This document shows, piece after piece, positions 29,601 to 38,726 of a DNA stretch of 44,385 bases; within the stretch, counting starts at the first letter, position 1; each line of letters opens with the position of its first letter. The stretch comes from Acidimicrobiia bacterium (GTDB lineage Bacteria; Actinomycetota; Acidimicrobiia; Acidimicrobiales; JANYDT01): assembly GCA_043718695.1 (NCBI GenBank), contig JAYSVF010000238.1, positions 1 to 44,385 of the forward strand, in the 5' to 3' direction. The notes under the pieces were generated by a model that did not search any database, had not been told where the DNA came from, and saw nothing but the letters and a program-made list of their open reading frames with translations. The position numbers and the translations under genes are program-made.

Positions 29601-31635
29601 CTTGGCCTTTGAAGCCCAACGGCTCCAAGTTCCCCTCGACAATTTGCGGCATTTCGCAAGTGAACGATTCGATGATGGTTATGAACTTGGCGTTCACGAT
29701 GCTGATGCGGCGATTATTCTGAAAGCATGTGCGCCTATCTTTACCGGCGCTGGTGGGGTGGCTGGATTTGGTTTCGATGGTTCAACCCGTGCCGTTGCGG
29801 GAGTTTGGTTTTCTGGTCTCGGGGTGCGCGAACGCGATGCGGTGGCGAGAAGTCTCCGAGCCCTAAAAGCGCTGGGTGAAGGGTCAAGCCGGGATTTGAT
29901 TGTGGATCAGCACGGCCCGGCCTTGCTGGCCATCGCCGAATCTGCGGGCCTAGAAATTGATCCCGGCTTAGCTTTGGATTACCTCAGCCGAAGCAACGAA
30001 AAATTTGCGGTGTCACAAACCGCGGCAGACCGAGTGGTGGGCTTTGCCGAGTTCCTCACCGCTGCCGGTCTCGATCCCAGGGTCGCCTCGTTTGCTGAAC
30101 TCACCCGCTGGGCCCAGGATGCTGCACTGATAACAAAGCGTGGTGGGGCTGTAGAGAAACCATCAGTGCACATAGCAGCCGAGATGGCGTGGAAACTGCA
30201 CGTGCCCGCAGTGACTTCGGTGGCAGGGCTTTCCAGTGTTGTGGAAGCGGCTGGATTGTTGGCGCAGCACGGAACGATTGCTAACAGCACTTTGCGTTTC
30301 GATGTGGGTGAGCTTTATACGAAATACCTCCGCTATTGCGCTGGTGACCGTCAGAGGTTCGGAGAATTTCTTGCGGCACGGCGTGATGTGCTTGAAACGT
30401 GGAGGGCAAAGCTTCAAGTTGGTGAGTTGCGTCCCAAGGTGCTGAGTTCTTTTGTGCGCAACCGCCTCGTAGACGATGTGTACCTTCCGCTGGTCGGCGA
30501 AAACATGGCCCGGCAGTTAGGTGAAAACGGTGCGGCGCAAGGCATGCTGCTCCTGGTTTCACCTCCTGGGTATGGCAAGACCACACTGATTGAATACGTC
30601 GCGCAGTTGCTCGGTATGGCCTTGATCCGGGTGAGCGGGCCAGCAATGGGTACCGGAGTTACGTCGCTTGATCCTGGCGTTGCTCCCGATAGCGCCAGTG
30701 CTTCAGAACTTGAGAAACTCAACCGTGCCTTTGCCATGGGTACGAATACGTTGCTCTATCTCGACGACATCCAACATTTGTCGCCCGAGTTTTTGCAGCG
30801 CTTCATTCCGTTGTGTGATGCCACGCGCCGAATCGAAGGAGTTTTCGACGGATCGGCCCGCACGTTTGATCTGTCTGGCCGCCGTTTTGCCGTGGTTATG
30901 GCCGGGAATCCGTATACATCCGACGGTACGCAATTCAAGGTTCCCGACATGTTGGCCAACCGTGCTGATGTCTATAACCTCGGTGAAGTGGCGGGCAATT
31001 TCGCTGACGTGTTCGCGCAGAGTTATTTGGAAAACGCCGTTGGTGGCAACGAAGTAACCGCGCCGCTGCTCTCTCGTGGACGAAACGATTTTGATCGGTT
31101 CCTTGCTGCCTCCCGTGGTGAACCGTTGCGATCCGATCAGCTAGAGCATCCCTACAGCGCCGCGGATGTTTCCAATATCATCAAGGTCCTTACCAATCTG
31201 GTGCAAGTTCGTGATGTATTGCTCAAAGTAAATGCTGCGTACATACGGTCTGCGTCGATGGATGATGCCTTGCGTGGTGAACCAGCCTTTGCCCTACAAG
31301 GTTCCTATCGAAACATGAGCCGCCTCGCCGGTCGCGTCCTGCCAGCCATGACTCGGCAAGAAGTTTCGCAGTTGATCACCGATCACTATCAAGCCGAATC
31401 ACAAACTCTCGGAGCTGCTGCGGCCTGGAATCTAGCGAAGCTGCAGGAAGTATTTGGCTCGCCATCAGTTGAAGCCGTTTCTCGCATCACGGAGCTTCGC
31501 GACCGCTGGCGCCAAGCCAACGTTGGTGACAACCCCATGCAGGTCATGGCCGGATCCTTGCGAGAAATCGCTGAATCCATGCGCCCCAAAACTTCCGCCG
31601 AATCCCTCTTCGGAAACGGAGCCACCGGCATTTAG
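26659..31635 (+). CDS. Large AAA+ ATPase (family often labelled DNA repair ATPase, DUF3686-like)
   Basis: Beta-rich N-terminal region, long helical middle, C-terminal AAA+ with Walker A SPPGYGKT, Walker B LYLDDIQH, AGNPY and MLANR. Confidence 0.8.
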   Translation: MTDSTSSSPTPQPTNGGSIGSPIPDEALTNVSAEVSPEASEASSEVSGELSGGADSTYDLLRGRLRSIAQQVSQTSESFNAERAEVFASAPLTLAEQDRVRTEVASIPRDAVCVNGLLLFGYNVPQGLATNRSVDDVLSLYRLHPQTETDWNVERVPNDDPAYFLADPSFQRDFLEVYKYYAESRLLTLTIAGDELLMVFGLGSAESDVRVLRWRLRADGTSYIDAYGEHDKATKAPFDFPWIDTDRGAISDGRWPHLVVQGELFIGLTKGTLDFRIDDAVSGSRTVLSERVTEVEQEVNELRVRYARLDELILIALLPYRETSERFYVYNRLTREAHRVDAIGRGCHQLPEDQGIVFPGGFHLQNGEHRVFTSDTTGLSLHNSLASPNGEDVLYAYVRPETGSYQLLSYNVVRREMGTPIQCRGYARFPDGLIVTVRDASEAQRVHTIGIYTSPFCDFDRYVPPVASDSFFGRIGNAELVHGISECLSVGRDGADTPFNAASYEALIGRSSRLLDTYAWLGDPNAHGLSGLLVQLRKAAGGILDEFAAVSSAKKDVLARTVDVERSLIDLKASADLEQRDVQVFIDLVADSRVVQGRIAELLETRHVDIPRVEALRVLAEQTTGVLGTRALSLLGQREALLGLTQALDKAETGIASAATTTQLQVIAISVDDLGNRAVLLTELVGGLESADPPQKTAILSKLADVLARRNAVMAGLDSRRSSLLTAEKSDGFGAAVGVLNQRVTSALLSVKDAASCDRSSSLLAAELENIELAFGNVSEFAAVLATKRNEITEAFGRKREALVAERSNSISRLVGSSERVLETAVTRASALGGVAELEGFFAADPLVLRVRKAIDELKALGETARAGELTVALRVARDTARRTLRDRVDLVADGMVRIGKRTFGVNEEPFELRMVQTGVEGGNGSMVAAGAGVESGPGLALALTGTDLRLPIRDERLSGFGSLVTQASASETPWISRSLFLAFEAQRLQVPLDNLRHFASERFDDGYELGVHDADAAIILKACAPIFTGAGGVAGFGFDGSTRAVAGVWFSGLGVRERDAVARSLRALKALGEGSSRDLIVDQHGPALLAIAESAGLEIDPGLALDYLSRSNEKFAVSQTAADRVVGFAEFLTAAGLDPRVASFAELTRWAQDAALITKRGGAVEKPSVHIAAEMAWKLHVPAVTSVAGLSSVVEAAGLLAQHGTIANSTLRFDVGELYTKYLRYCAGDRQRFGEFLAARRDVLETWRAKLQVGELRPKVLSSFVRNRLVDDVYLPLVGENMARQLGENGAAQGMLLLVSPPGYGKTTLIEYVAQLLGMALIRVSGPAMGTGVTSLDPGVAPDSASASELEKLNRAFAMGTNTLLYLDDIQHLSPEFLQRFIPLCDATRRIEGVFDGSARTFDLSGRRFAVVMAGNPYTSDGTQFKVPDMLANRADVYNLGEVAGNFADVFAQSYLENAVGGNEVTAPLLSRGRNDFDRFLAASRGEPLRSDQLEHPYSAADVSNIIKVLTNLVQVRDVLLKVNAAYIRSASMDDALRGEPAFALQGSYRNMSRLAGRVLPAMTRQEVSQLITDHYQAESQTLGAAAAWNLAKLQEVFGSPSVEAVSRITELRDRWRQANVGDNPMQVMAGSLREIAESMRPKTSAESLFGNGATGI

Positions 31636-31770
31636 CGCTTGTGTTCATCATCGCATTCGGTCGGGGCTGAGAGTTTCTAGACTTTTTGTTACCGAGGGCC
31701 GCAGCCCAGCGTGCTTGTGCGGTTGAGGGAGGCAAGCAACGCCGAGGTTGCTTCCTGCTACAACTGAAGG

Positions 31771-32301
31771 ATGGACCCAAGCGATTTAGTGGCCAGCATT
31801 ATGCAACTCTCCGGACCAGTGCGACTTGTAGCGATCGATGGGCCTGGGGGAGCGGGGAAGTCAACCTTCGCTACTCGGCTTTCCATCGCGGCCCAAGGCG
31901 CTCCCGTTATTCATACCGACGACTTTGCATCAGCCGACAATCCCATCGACTGGTGGCCACGCCTTCTCGAACAAGTCATCATTCCGCTCACGACCGGAAA
32001 ATCCGCTTGCTACCAACGGTATGACTGGTCGACCGAGTCGCTAGCGGATTGGCAGACAGTCGATCCATCTCCAATCATCATTATCGAAGGTGTGTCGTCG
32101 GCTCGATCTGAGTGGTCAAGGCACCTGAGTTTTGTGATTTGGATCGAAACACCACGTGAAGTTCGCCTTCAACGGGCCGTGGAACGCGATGGCGAAGACG
32201 CGCTTGATGAGTGGGAGTTCTGGATGGGAGAAGAAGACGATCACTACCAGCGTGACCCTACCCGTGAACGCTCCAACGTTGTGATCGACGGTACGAAGTA
32301 A
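31771..32301 (+). CDS. Uridine kinase-like P-loop kinase
   Basis: AIDGPGGAGKST, IHTDDF, IIEGV and R..RAVERDG. Confidence 0.8.
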   Translation: MDPSDLVASIMQLSGPVRLVAIDGPGGAGKSTFATRLSIAAQGAPVIHTDDFASADNPIDWWPRLLEQVIIPLTTGKSACYQRYDWSTESLADWQTVDPSPIIIIEGVSSARSEWSRHLSFVIWIETPREVRLQRAVERDGEDALDEWEFWMGEEDDHYQRDPTRERSNVVIDGTK

Positions 32302-32354
32302 ACCATGGACTTTCGGAAAGCGAGTGGATTCGAGCACTCGGCTACCTTGGATGC

Positions 32355-34127
32355 ATGGATGCCAGGGCACTTGATGCAGAATCCCTGGCCGCAATTAGTG
32401 AGGCAATGGACAGGTCTTGGTGTGCTGCGCTCATCGAAGCATTGGTGGATTCGGGGCTCTCGTTCGATCTACGCAGGCCACTGGAACGGACATTGGCCGA
32501 TCTGAATGATCTTCGCTTTGTGGGGCCGCTTCTCACAATTCTCGAGGATCGATCAATCATGCCGGAGGTTCGCGATAGTGCGATCAACGTGCTGTCGGAA
32601 TGTGGTGTTATGCCGTCGTGGTCATCCGAAGCCACTACACAACCCGATATGGCATCGAGTTGGATTCGGTCGGAGAACAGCGACTTGCAGCGTCTGGGAT
32701 TTTCGCTGGGGAACCGCGCTGATCGCCAAGCGATTGATGAGTTTATCAGTGAAGTGTTTGATCCTCCCGAGCCAGGAGAGGCGACGCGAATAACTTCTAT
32801 GCGCGCATGTTTGCCTGCTGCTGTGGCCTCGATGGCGTTTGGTTTTGAAGAACCCGAATACCAAGCGCGCAAAGTATCGCTACTCGATCATGTCGACCCG
32901 GAAGTTCGAGCAGCTGCGGCTAGAACCTTGCTGTGGGACGAGCCAAATTTCGCCGAGTATCCACTCATCGCGGCAACCAGAGATGCCGACCCAGACGTCG
33001 TCATCGATGCACTTGATGTTCTCCGCTACTACCCAACCTTGGCGGTAAGAGGCACCTTGGCGAACGCGACGAAAGGCACGGCGACTCTGCAGCAACGACA
33101 GATGGCTGATCAATCGTTGGCAAGCCTCGATGAAGATATGCGGCGGGAACTCAGCGCGTTGGAGGACCATCCCAACCAACTGCCAGCCACACGAGCCTGG
33201 ATAGCTGAAGCTCGAAGAGTGTTAGCGCAAGATCAACCGAGCGGGGCCCTACCGGCGAATACAACAGACTTTGCCGCTTCATCGCCGGAGGCACTTGTTC
33301 GCGAAACCGCAGCTGCTCTCACCCAAACGCCGCAAACAGAGCGAACGGATCGAACAGGGCAAACAGAGCAAACAGAGCAAACAGAGCAAACAGGGCAAGC
33401 AAGATCAGAGCAAATGGAGCAAACGAAACAGCTGAACCTCGCAGACAAATGGGACCCGGCGATGCTCGATTCGTTTAACGCTCCCGACGGGCTGTGGGCT
33501 CCGAAGCTTCGCTGGCTAGAGCAACTCCACGTAGAGAACATCCCCACAAACGAGAAGGCCACGTTCTGTGAATTCTTAGCGCAGCATGACGATCCAAACG
33601 TCCGCTACCGAGGAACAAGAATTCTGGCCGATTGTGATCGTGGCGATTTGCTGCTCGTGTTGTTGCAGGATCGGGTCGGCGGTGTGCGGAAAAGTGCGTC
33701 CTACGCGTTGCACGATGTTTCCCCCTCTCAACAGGTTGCCAATGCCGTGCTTGCGCCGGTCCTGAGCGGAGAAATTGGTGGAACCCGAGCGAGTGAATCA
33801 GTGCGTACCTGGGCCCGACATGCCTTTGCGCTTAACCCCGAAGCAGCGGGGGAACAGGTGCTTGCCCTTGCCGAGGATCGACGGGAATCGGTTCGACACT
33901 CAGCGATCAACCAAATCGTGGCATTCGGCGCGCCCGGAGGACAAACGCTGGTGAAATTCCTACGTGCCGACCCGCTGGTTACCTGGGCAGTCCACAGCAA
34001 CCTGATCACGTCTCGTCATTTGCTGGGCATTTCCGACCGGGCCGCACTCAGCGCCCTCGACCAGTTCCTCGACGTCGACAACCTTTGGCTACAGCTGGCA
34101 TTGGCAACATTTCGCATCAAATCCTGA
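32355..34127 (+). CDS. HEAT-repeat protein
   Basis: Repeated D.DPEVRAAAA / DADPDVVIDAL / DDPNVRYRG / DRVGGVRKSA / DRRESVRHSA units. TACCTT lies 6 nt before the ATG. Confidence 0.75.
   Translation: MDARALDAESLAAISEAMDRSWCAALIEALVDSGLSFDLRRPLERTLADLNDLRFVGPLLTILEDRSIMPEVRDSAINVLSECGVMPSWSSEATTQPDMASSWIRSENSDLQRLGFSLGNRADRQAIDEFISEVFDPPEPGEATRITSMRACLPAAVASMAFGFEEPEYQARKVSLLDHVDPEVRAAAARTLLWDEPNFAEYPLIAATRDADPDVVIDALDVLRYYPTLAVRGTLANATKGTATLQQRQMADQSLASLDEDMRRELSALEDHPNQLPATRAWIAEARRVLAQDQPSGALPANTTDFAASSPEALVRETAAALTQTPQTERTDRTGQTEQTEQTEQTGQARSEQMEQTKQLNLADKWDPAMLDSFNAPDGLWAPKLRWLEQLHVENIPTNEKATFCEFLAQHDDPNVRYRGTRILADCDRGDLLLVLLQDRVGGVRKSASYALHDVSPSQQVANAVLAPVLSGEIGGTRASESVRTWARHAFALNPEAAGEQVLALAEDRRESVRHSAINQIVAFGAPGGQTLVKFLRADPLVTWAVHSNLITSRHLLGISDRAALSALDQFLDVDNLWLQLALATFRIKS
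33324..33431 (+). repeat. Degenerate in-frame 9-bp tandem repeat (CAAACAGAG, QTE)
   Basis: Three exact copies plus about eight variants encoding QTPQTERTDRTGQTEQTEQTEQTGQ... Confidence 0.85.
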
Positions 34128-34214
34128 GACCTGTGCGGTCTGCAAAAACTACTGAAAGAACGACGTTGCGGGATGGAGTCGGTAAGTGTGCGCTTCGCCA
34201 CCTACGATGCCAGG

Positions 34215-34301
34215 GTGCTTAGAACGCCCCCGCACCCAATTCGTCGAACTTTGGCCGATCAAGCCGCAAAGCGAACCCGGCTAATTGGGGTGTGTCGATG
34301 A
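34215..34301 (+). CDS. Putative leaderless 28-aa upstream ORF coupled to coxD
   Basis: TACGAT (34203-34208) + 6 nt + GTG; MLRTPPHPIRRTLADQAAKRTRLIGVCR*; its TGA overlaps the coxD ATG (ATGA). Confidence 0.35.
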   Translation: MLRTPPHPIRRTLADQAAKRTRLIGVCR

Positions 34302-35347
34302 GTCTGTCGGTCGATCGTTCCGATGCTTTGAATCCTTCCGGCTCCGTGATGTCTTCTGGGACCTCAGTAGGAACCCTTGGAACATTGCCAGCGCCTTCTC
34401 CAGCGACTTCGGTTGAGGAGGTTTCTGCTGCGCTGGCCGCCAATGGGTACCTTGCCGATGAGGGCTTAGCGACCGTGATTTTCTTGGCCATGGCGCTCAA
34501 GCGGCCCTTGTTGTTGGAAGGCGAAGCAGGTGTTGGTAAAACCGAAGTAGCGAAGGTGCTCTCGCGTTGGACCGGGGGCGAGTTGCTTCGGCTGCAGTGT
34601 TACGAGGGCATCGACGTCTCCCAGGCGGTCTACGAGTGGGATTACAGCCGTCAGCTCCTCCATCTCCGAGCAGCTGAACTTCGTACCGGCGCAGCAGCAA
34701 ATGGGAGCCCTGTGCCAGAGGGGGCCAAGGCGGCCGTCGACATTGAAAACGAGTTGTACAGCGAACGGTTCTTGGTCCGCCGGGCATTACTTCGAGCGAT
34801 CGATCACGGGGACGGGCCGCCACCGATTTTGCTGATTGACGAAGTTGACCGTGCCGATGATGAATTTGAGGCCTTCCTTCTCGAAGTGCTTTCCGATTAC
34901 GCCATCACCGTGCCGGAGCTCGGAACTTTCGTAGCCAAAACCCCGCCGATCGTTATCCTCACCTCGAACCGCACCCGCGACGTTCACGATGCTCTCAAAC
35001 GCCGTTGCCTTTATCACTGGGTTGAACATCCCGGGTTTGAACGCGAAGTAGAAATAGTACGTATGCGTACTACGGGGGTAAGTGAATTGCTGGCCCGTCA
35101 AGTCGCTGGTGCAGTAGAACAGCTACGTGGGCTTGAGTTGTTCAAGCCACCCGGCGTCGCCGAGACTATCGATTGGACGCAATCGCTCGCAGCACTCGGA
35201 CGCACCACTCTCGATGAGTCCAGTGTTAACGCCACACTTGGCACGGTACTCAAATATCGCGAGGACGCCGATCGAGTGAAGCAAGCTGGGGTGGCAGAAA
35301 TCGTCCGCAATGCCGTGCTCCGTGGCTCAGCAACGACGGGGTCCTAA
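34298..35347 (+). CDS. coxD: MoxR-family AAA+ ATPase, CoxD-like
   Basis: LLLEGEAGVGKT, RLQCYEG, YEWDYSRQLL, LIDEVDRAD and DALKRRCLY. Confidence 0.9.
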   Translation: MSLSVDRSDALNPSGSVMSSGTSVGTLGTLPAPSPATSVEEVSAALAANGYLADEGLATVIFLAMALKRPLLLEGEAGVGKTEVAKVLSRWTGGELLRLQCYEGIDVSQAVYEWDYSRQLLHLRAAELRTGAAANGSPVPEGAKAAVDIENELYSERFLVRRALLRAIDHGDGPPPILLIDEVDRADDEFEAFLLEVLSDYAITVPELGTFVAKTPPIVILTSNRTRDVHDALKRRCLYHWVEHPGFEREVEIVRMRTTGVSELLARQVAGAVEQLRGLELFKPPGVAETIDWTQSLAALGRTTLDESSVNATLGTVLKYREDADRVKQAGVAEIVRNAVLRGSATTGS

Positions 35348-35350
35348 GCA

Positions 35351-35866
35351 ATGGCCGAAATTCAATTGGTGCTCGATGCCGCTGGCGTGCACGATTACCT
35401 CAACGAAATCTGGCCCGGCGCACTTGGCGCTTGGACAATCGATGAACTCACACCATCATTGGCGCGCATACGACTGGCCACCACAGAGGCGAACCTTCGG
35501 CCAGGTGGGACGGTTTCTGGACCAACACTGATGTCTTTGGCCGATTCTGCCGCCTACGTCTTAGTGCTTGGGCTTCTCGGCCGGGCTGCTCTGGCTGTGA
35601 CCAGCAGCTTGCACATTGATTTCCTTCGACGCCCGGTGCCCGGTGAGCTCATCGCCGAAGCCAGTTTGTTGAAGCTTGGCCGCAGCTTGATCACGATGCA
35701 CGTCCTGCTGTTCAATGCCCTGCCAATCGAACCAATCGAACCAATCGAACCAATCGAATCAGCCGAACTTGCTGGCGAGGGAACAGCTTCAGGATCAGCG
35801 CCGTCGTTTGATCGAAACAAGCCTGTGGCCTCAGTGTCAACGTCGTATTCGCTTGCCCTGGTGTAG
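35351..35866 (+). CDS. PaaI family hot-dog thioesterase
   Basis: LRPGGTVSGPTLMSLAD, AVTSSLHIDFLRRP and LLKLGRSL. Confidence 0.87.
   Translation: MAEIQLVLDAAGVHDYLNEIWPGALGAWTIDELTPSLARIRLATTEANLRPGGTVSGPTLMSLADSAAYVLVLGLLGRAALAVTSSLHIDFLRRPVPGELIAEASLLKLGRSLITMHVLLFNALPIEPIEPIEPIESAELAGEGTASGSAPSFDRNKPVASVSTSYSLALV
35723..35758 (+). repeat. Perfect 4 x 9-bp in-frame repeat CCAATCGAA (PIE)4
   Basis: Read directly from the sequence. Confidence 0.95.
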
Positions 35867-35881
35867 AAACGCTATTCGTTT

Positions 35882-37186
35882 ATGCCAGTCAGTTCCGAAC
35901 CTTCCTCGCTGGGAACTAACTCAGCAGCAGTTAGTTCGGCCATTGTTGAAGAGTTACGTGGACTTACCAATGCCGAGGCACTCTCGTTACTGAATGCCGA
36001 GCTGCCAAGTCTCCGCCCCGATATCTTGCCCAGTCGAGGTAAGGCGGCGAAAGACGCGCCGACAACGGAATGGCAACGCATGGCTGTGGGGTTTTCGATC
36101 CTGTTGCGGCGCAGCGGGCTGGCCGTTCCTATTGGTTCGGTGGTGACGTTTGCCGAAGCATTGGGCGCTGTGGGCATCGGCAGGAGAACACCGGTCTACT
36201 GGGCTGGCCGTGCCGTGCTGGTGCGTAAACCCGAAGATATCCCCACCTACGATCGAGCCTTCGCCGCGTTTTGGATGGCCATCACTGGACGGCCGAAACC
36301 ACCAACCGTCGAAGATGAAGTAACCCTGGCGCTCGATGATGCTGACGAAAATGACAACGACGAAGGCGAAGACCAAAACGATGATGACGAACAGGGCGAA
36401 ACCCTCTCCGTTCGATTCAGTGCCGTTGAAGTACTGCGAGACAAAGACTTTGCTGAATACTCGGTTGCGGAATTTGCCGAAGCCAGAGCCGCGATGGCCA
36501 AGCTGCGTTTCGTTGGCTCACCGCGTAGGAGCCGCCGGTTAGAGCCAGTACGCGGTGCCCGCCGAACCGCTCGGCCAGATCTTCGCCGCACAGTCCGTAA
36601 TGCTCTGCGCACTGAAGGTTTGCCGATCAGCCGGGCATTTCGGGATACCTCAACAAAACCACGCAGGATCGTTCTGCTTTGTGATGTGAGCGGATCAATG
36701 GAGGCTTACGCCCGAGCTTTGCTCCGGTTCTGTCAAGCCGCAGTAGTGGGCCGAGGCCGCGTCGAAGTATTCGCCCTTGGCACACGCCTTACCCGGATCA
36801 CCAGAGAACTAAACTCTCGTGATCCCGATGCAGCCCTACACAATGCGGCGAAGCGGGTCGTCGATTGGTCAGGTGGAACACGACTTGGTGATGGTATGCG
36901 CGCCTTCAATGATCAATGGGGCGTTCGTGGCATGGCTCGCCAATCCGTGATCGTGATCCTTTCCGACGGGTGGGATCGGGGTGATCCAGAAACCCTCGCC
37001 GCACAAATGGAACGGCTGCACCGGGTTGCCTACAAAGTCGTTTGGGTTAATCCACTCAAAGCTGCGCCCGGGTATGCACCCCTGGCCAGAGGAATGGCTG
37101 CGGCACTCCCACACGTCGATAACTTCATCGAAGGTCACTCGCTCGCCTCCATTGAAGCCCTCGCCCAAGTTCTTGCCGCCTGCTAG
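35882..37186 (+). CDS. coxE: VWA-domain protein, CoxE-like
   Basis: MIDAS DVSGSM, FALGTRLTRIT, WSGGTRLG, ILSDGWDRG and WVNPL. Confidence 0.9.
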   Translation: MPVSSEPSSLGTNSAAVSSAIVEELRGLTNAEALSLLNAELPSLRPDILPSRGKAAKDAPTTEWQRMAVGFSILLRRSGLAVPIGSVVTFAEALGAVGIGRRTPVYWAGRAVLVRKPEDIPTYDRAFAAFWMAITGRPKPPTVEDEVTLALDDADENDNDEGEDQNDDDEQGETLSVRFSAVEVLRDKDFAEYSVAEFAEARAAMAKLRFVGSPRRSRRLEPVRGARRTARPDLRRTVRNALRTEGLPISRAFRDTSTKPRRIVLLCDVSGSMEAYARALLRFCQAAVVGRGRVEVFALGTRLTRITRELNSRDPDAALHNAAKRVVDWSGGTRLGDGMRAFNDQWGVRGMARQSVIVILSDGWDRGDPETLAAQMERLHRVAYKVVWVNPLKAAPGYAPLARGMAAALPHVDNFIEGHSLASIEALAQVLAAC

Positions 37187-37461
37187 TTCAACCACCCTTC
37201 GGCAGACTATCCGCCCAGTTCAGATGATTGTCTTGGCATGTTGTCACCCGTGAGCGGGGTTCACGGCAACAATCTTGTGTGAACTGGACCAAGGAAGAGC
37301 AGCTTTACCGAGAGCTTGGCGGCCGCATGATGGAACGTAAACCCAAGTTTGTGGGCGTGTTTGTGTGAATCAAAATCACAGCGGTTCGCTAGGGTACGAG
37401 AAGTACCTAAGCCGCTTCAACCTGTCGACAGGCTGTTGCTGGGTGGTCAATTCCCCCGATT

Positions 37462-38676
37462 TTGGCACCTTCCCAGCTAGCGTTACCTGGTTCTATGTTG
37501 TCCTGGTACCTCTTTCGACCTCTGGAGGGGGCAGGCTCGGTTGTGAGGCCAGCTCCCTTCCAGCGCTTTGCGAGAATTACCAGTCGCGGGCATCGAGTCT
37601 CGGCCGGAGTTCTGGTTTCCCTCACAGCCTTGTCGGTGTCGGCGGTAACCGTTGGGAGTACCCAGGCCACCACGCCAAAAGCCACGGCTGTTGCACAGCC
37701 CGCTGGGACAATGTCGAAGGGTGCTTCAGTGACAAGCGCTGCGGCGAAACAACGTGAGGTGCGGGTTCGTCCGCAGAAAACCACGCCGAATCAAAAGACC
37801 TCAAGTCCTGGCTCAGGATCTACTTTGCCACCACCAAAACGGCGCACCACGACCACGGTCAACACCATTGGCAGCGTCACGGTTTCGGAAACGACCATCG
37901 CTGGAGGTATCTCGCTAGCGCTCACCACGCACACCGAACCTGTCGCCACGAAACCAGGGGTCACGAGACCGCCAACAAGGGCTACGAAACCCCCAGACAA
38001 CAACCCAACCTCAAGTTCTGGCCAACCGGCAGCGAAGTCAAACGCACGATCAGTACCCGGCACGGAAACCTCCGCCCAAGCGACCACAATCCAAGGGACC
38101 ACAATCCAAGCCACCACGACACAAATGGCTACGACACAAGTCCCAATGACTGAAGCTCCCACCACAACGGTTCCCGTCCGCGTCGCTGCCTCAAGTCAGA
38201 CAAAGACGGCCACCTCTTCAACTACTCCAAGGCGAGTAATTGGGGTCGAGGCCAACACCATCGAACAGGTAACGGTCAATACGCCAGTAACGGCACTAAG
38301 CATTGCGCCGCTTCCTCCCGCGACGGCGCCAATAGTGATTGACGCCAACCGGGTGAAGGTTTCTGCCGTGGTGGAAGACGTGGTTGCCAAACCCGAACCA
38401 ACGACAACAAACCTCACGCCAGCCAACACCACAACTACGAAAAAGCGCCAAACCGCTGCGGAAACGTCGAAATCGAAGTCCATCACAACACCGGCTGGCG
38501 CGGTGCAAAAATCGGCTGCACCTATCGGGCCAACAAAGTCGCCCAAGACCACAAAAACGGGCAACAAAAGTGTTGTCAACATCTCTGGCACAGTGAAACG
38601 AGCGCAATCAGCGGCTTCCTCCAAGAAAGTCACGGTCGCTATAGCTCCTGGCGGCGGCCCCATTACCTCGGGATGA
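37462..38676 (+). CDS. Hypothetical Thr/Ser/Pro/Ala-rich low-complexity exported protein (start uncertain)
   Basis: Long ORF with a signal-like segment (RVSAGVLVSLTALSVSAVTVG) and poly-Thr runs; no recognisable catalytic domain. Confidence 0.55.
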   Translation: MAPSQLALPGSMLSWYLFRPLEGAGSVVRPAPFQRFARITSRGHRVSAGVLVSLTALSVSAVTVGSTQATTPKATAVAQPAGTMSKGASVTSAAAKQREVRVRPQKTTPNQKTSSPGSGSTLPPPKRRTTTTVNTIGSVTVSETTIAGGISLALTTHTEPVATKPGVTRPPTRATKPPDNNPTSSSGQPAAKSNARSVPGTETSAQATTIQGTTIQATTTQMATTQVPMTEAPTTTVPVRVAASSQTKTATSSTTPRRVIGVEANTIEQVTVNTPVTALSIAPLPPATAPIVIDANRVKVSAVVEDVVAKPEPTTTNLTPANTTTTKKRQTAAETSKSKSITTPAGAVQKSAAPIGPTKSPKTTKTGNKSVVNISGTVKRAQSAASSKKVTVAIAPGGGPITSG

Positions 38677-38726
38677 CGAACGTGAAGTTTCGTTCTTGCA
38701 CTTCCCGGTAGTAACTTCTGCGACCG

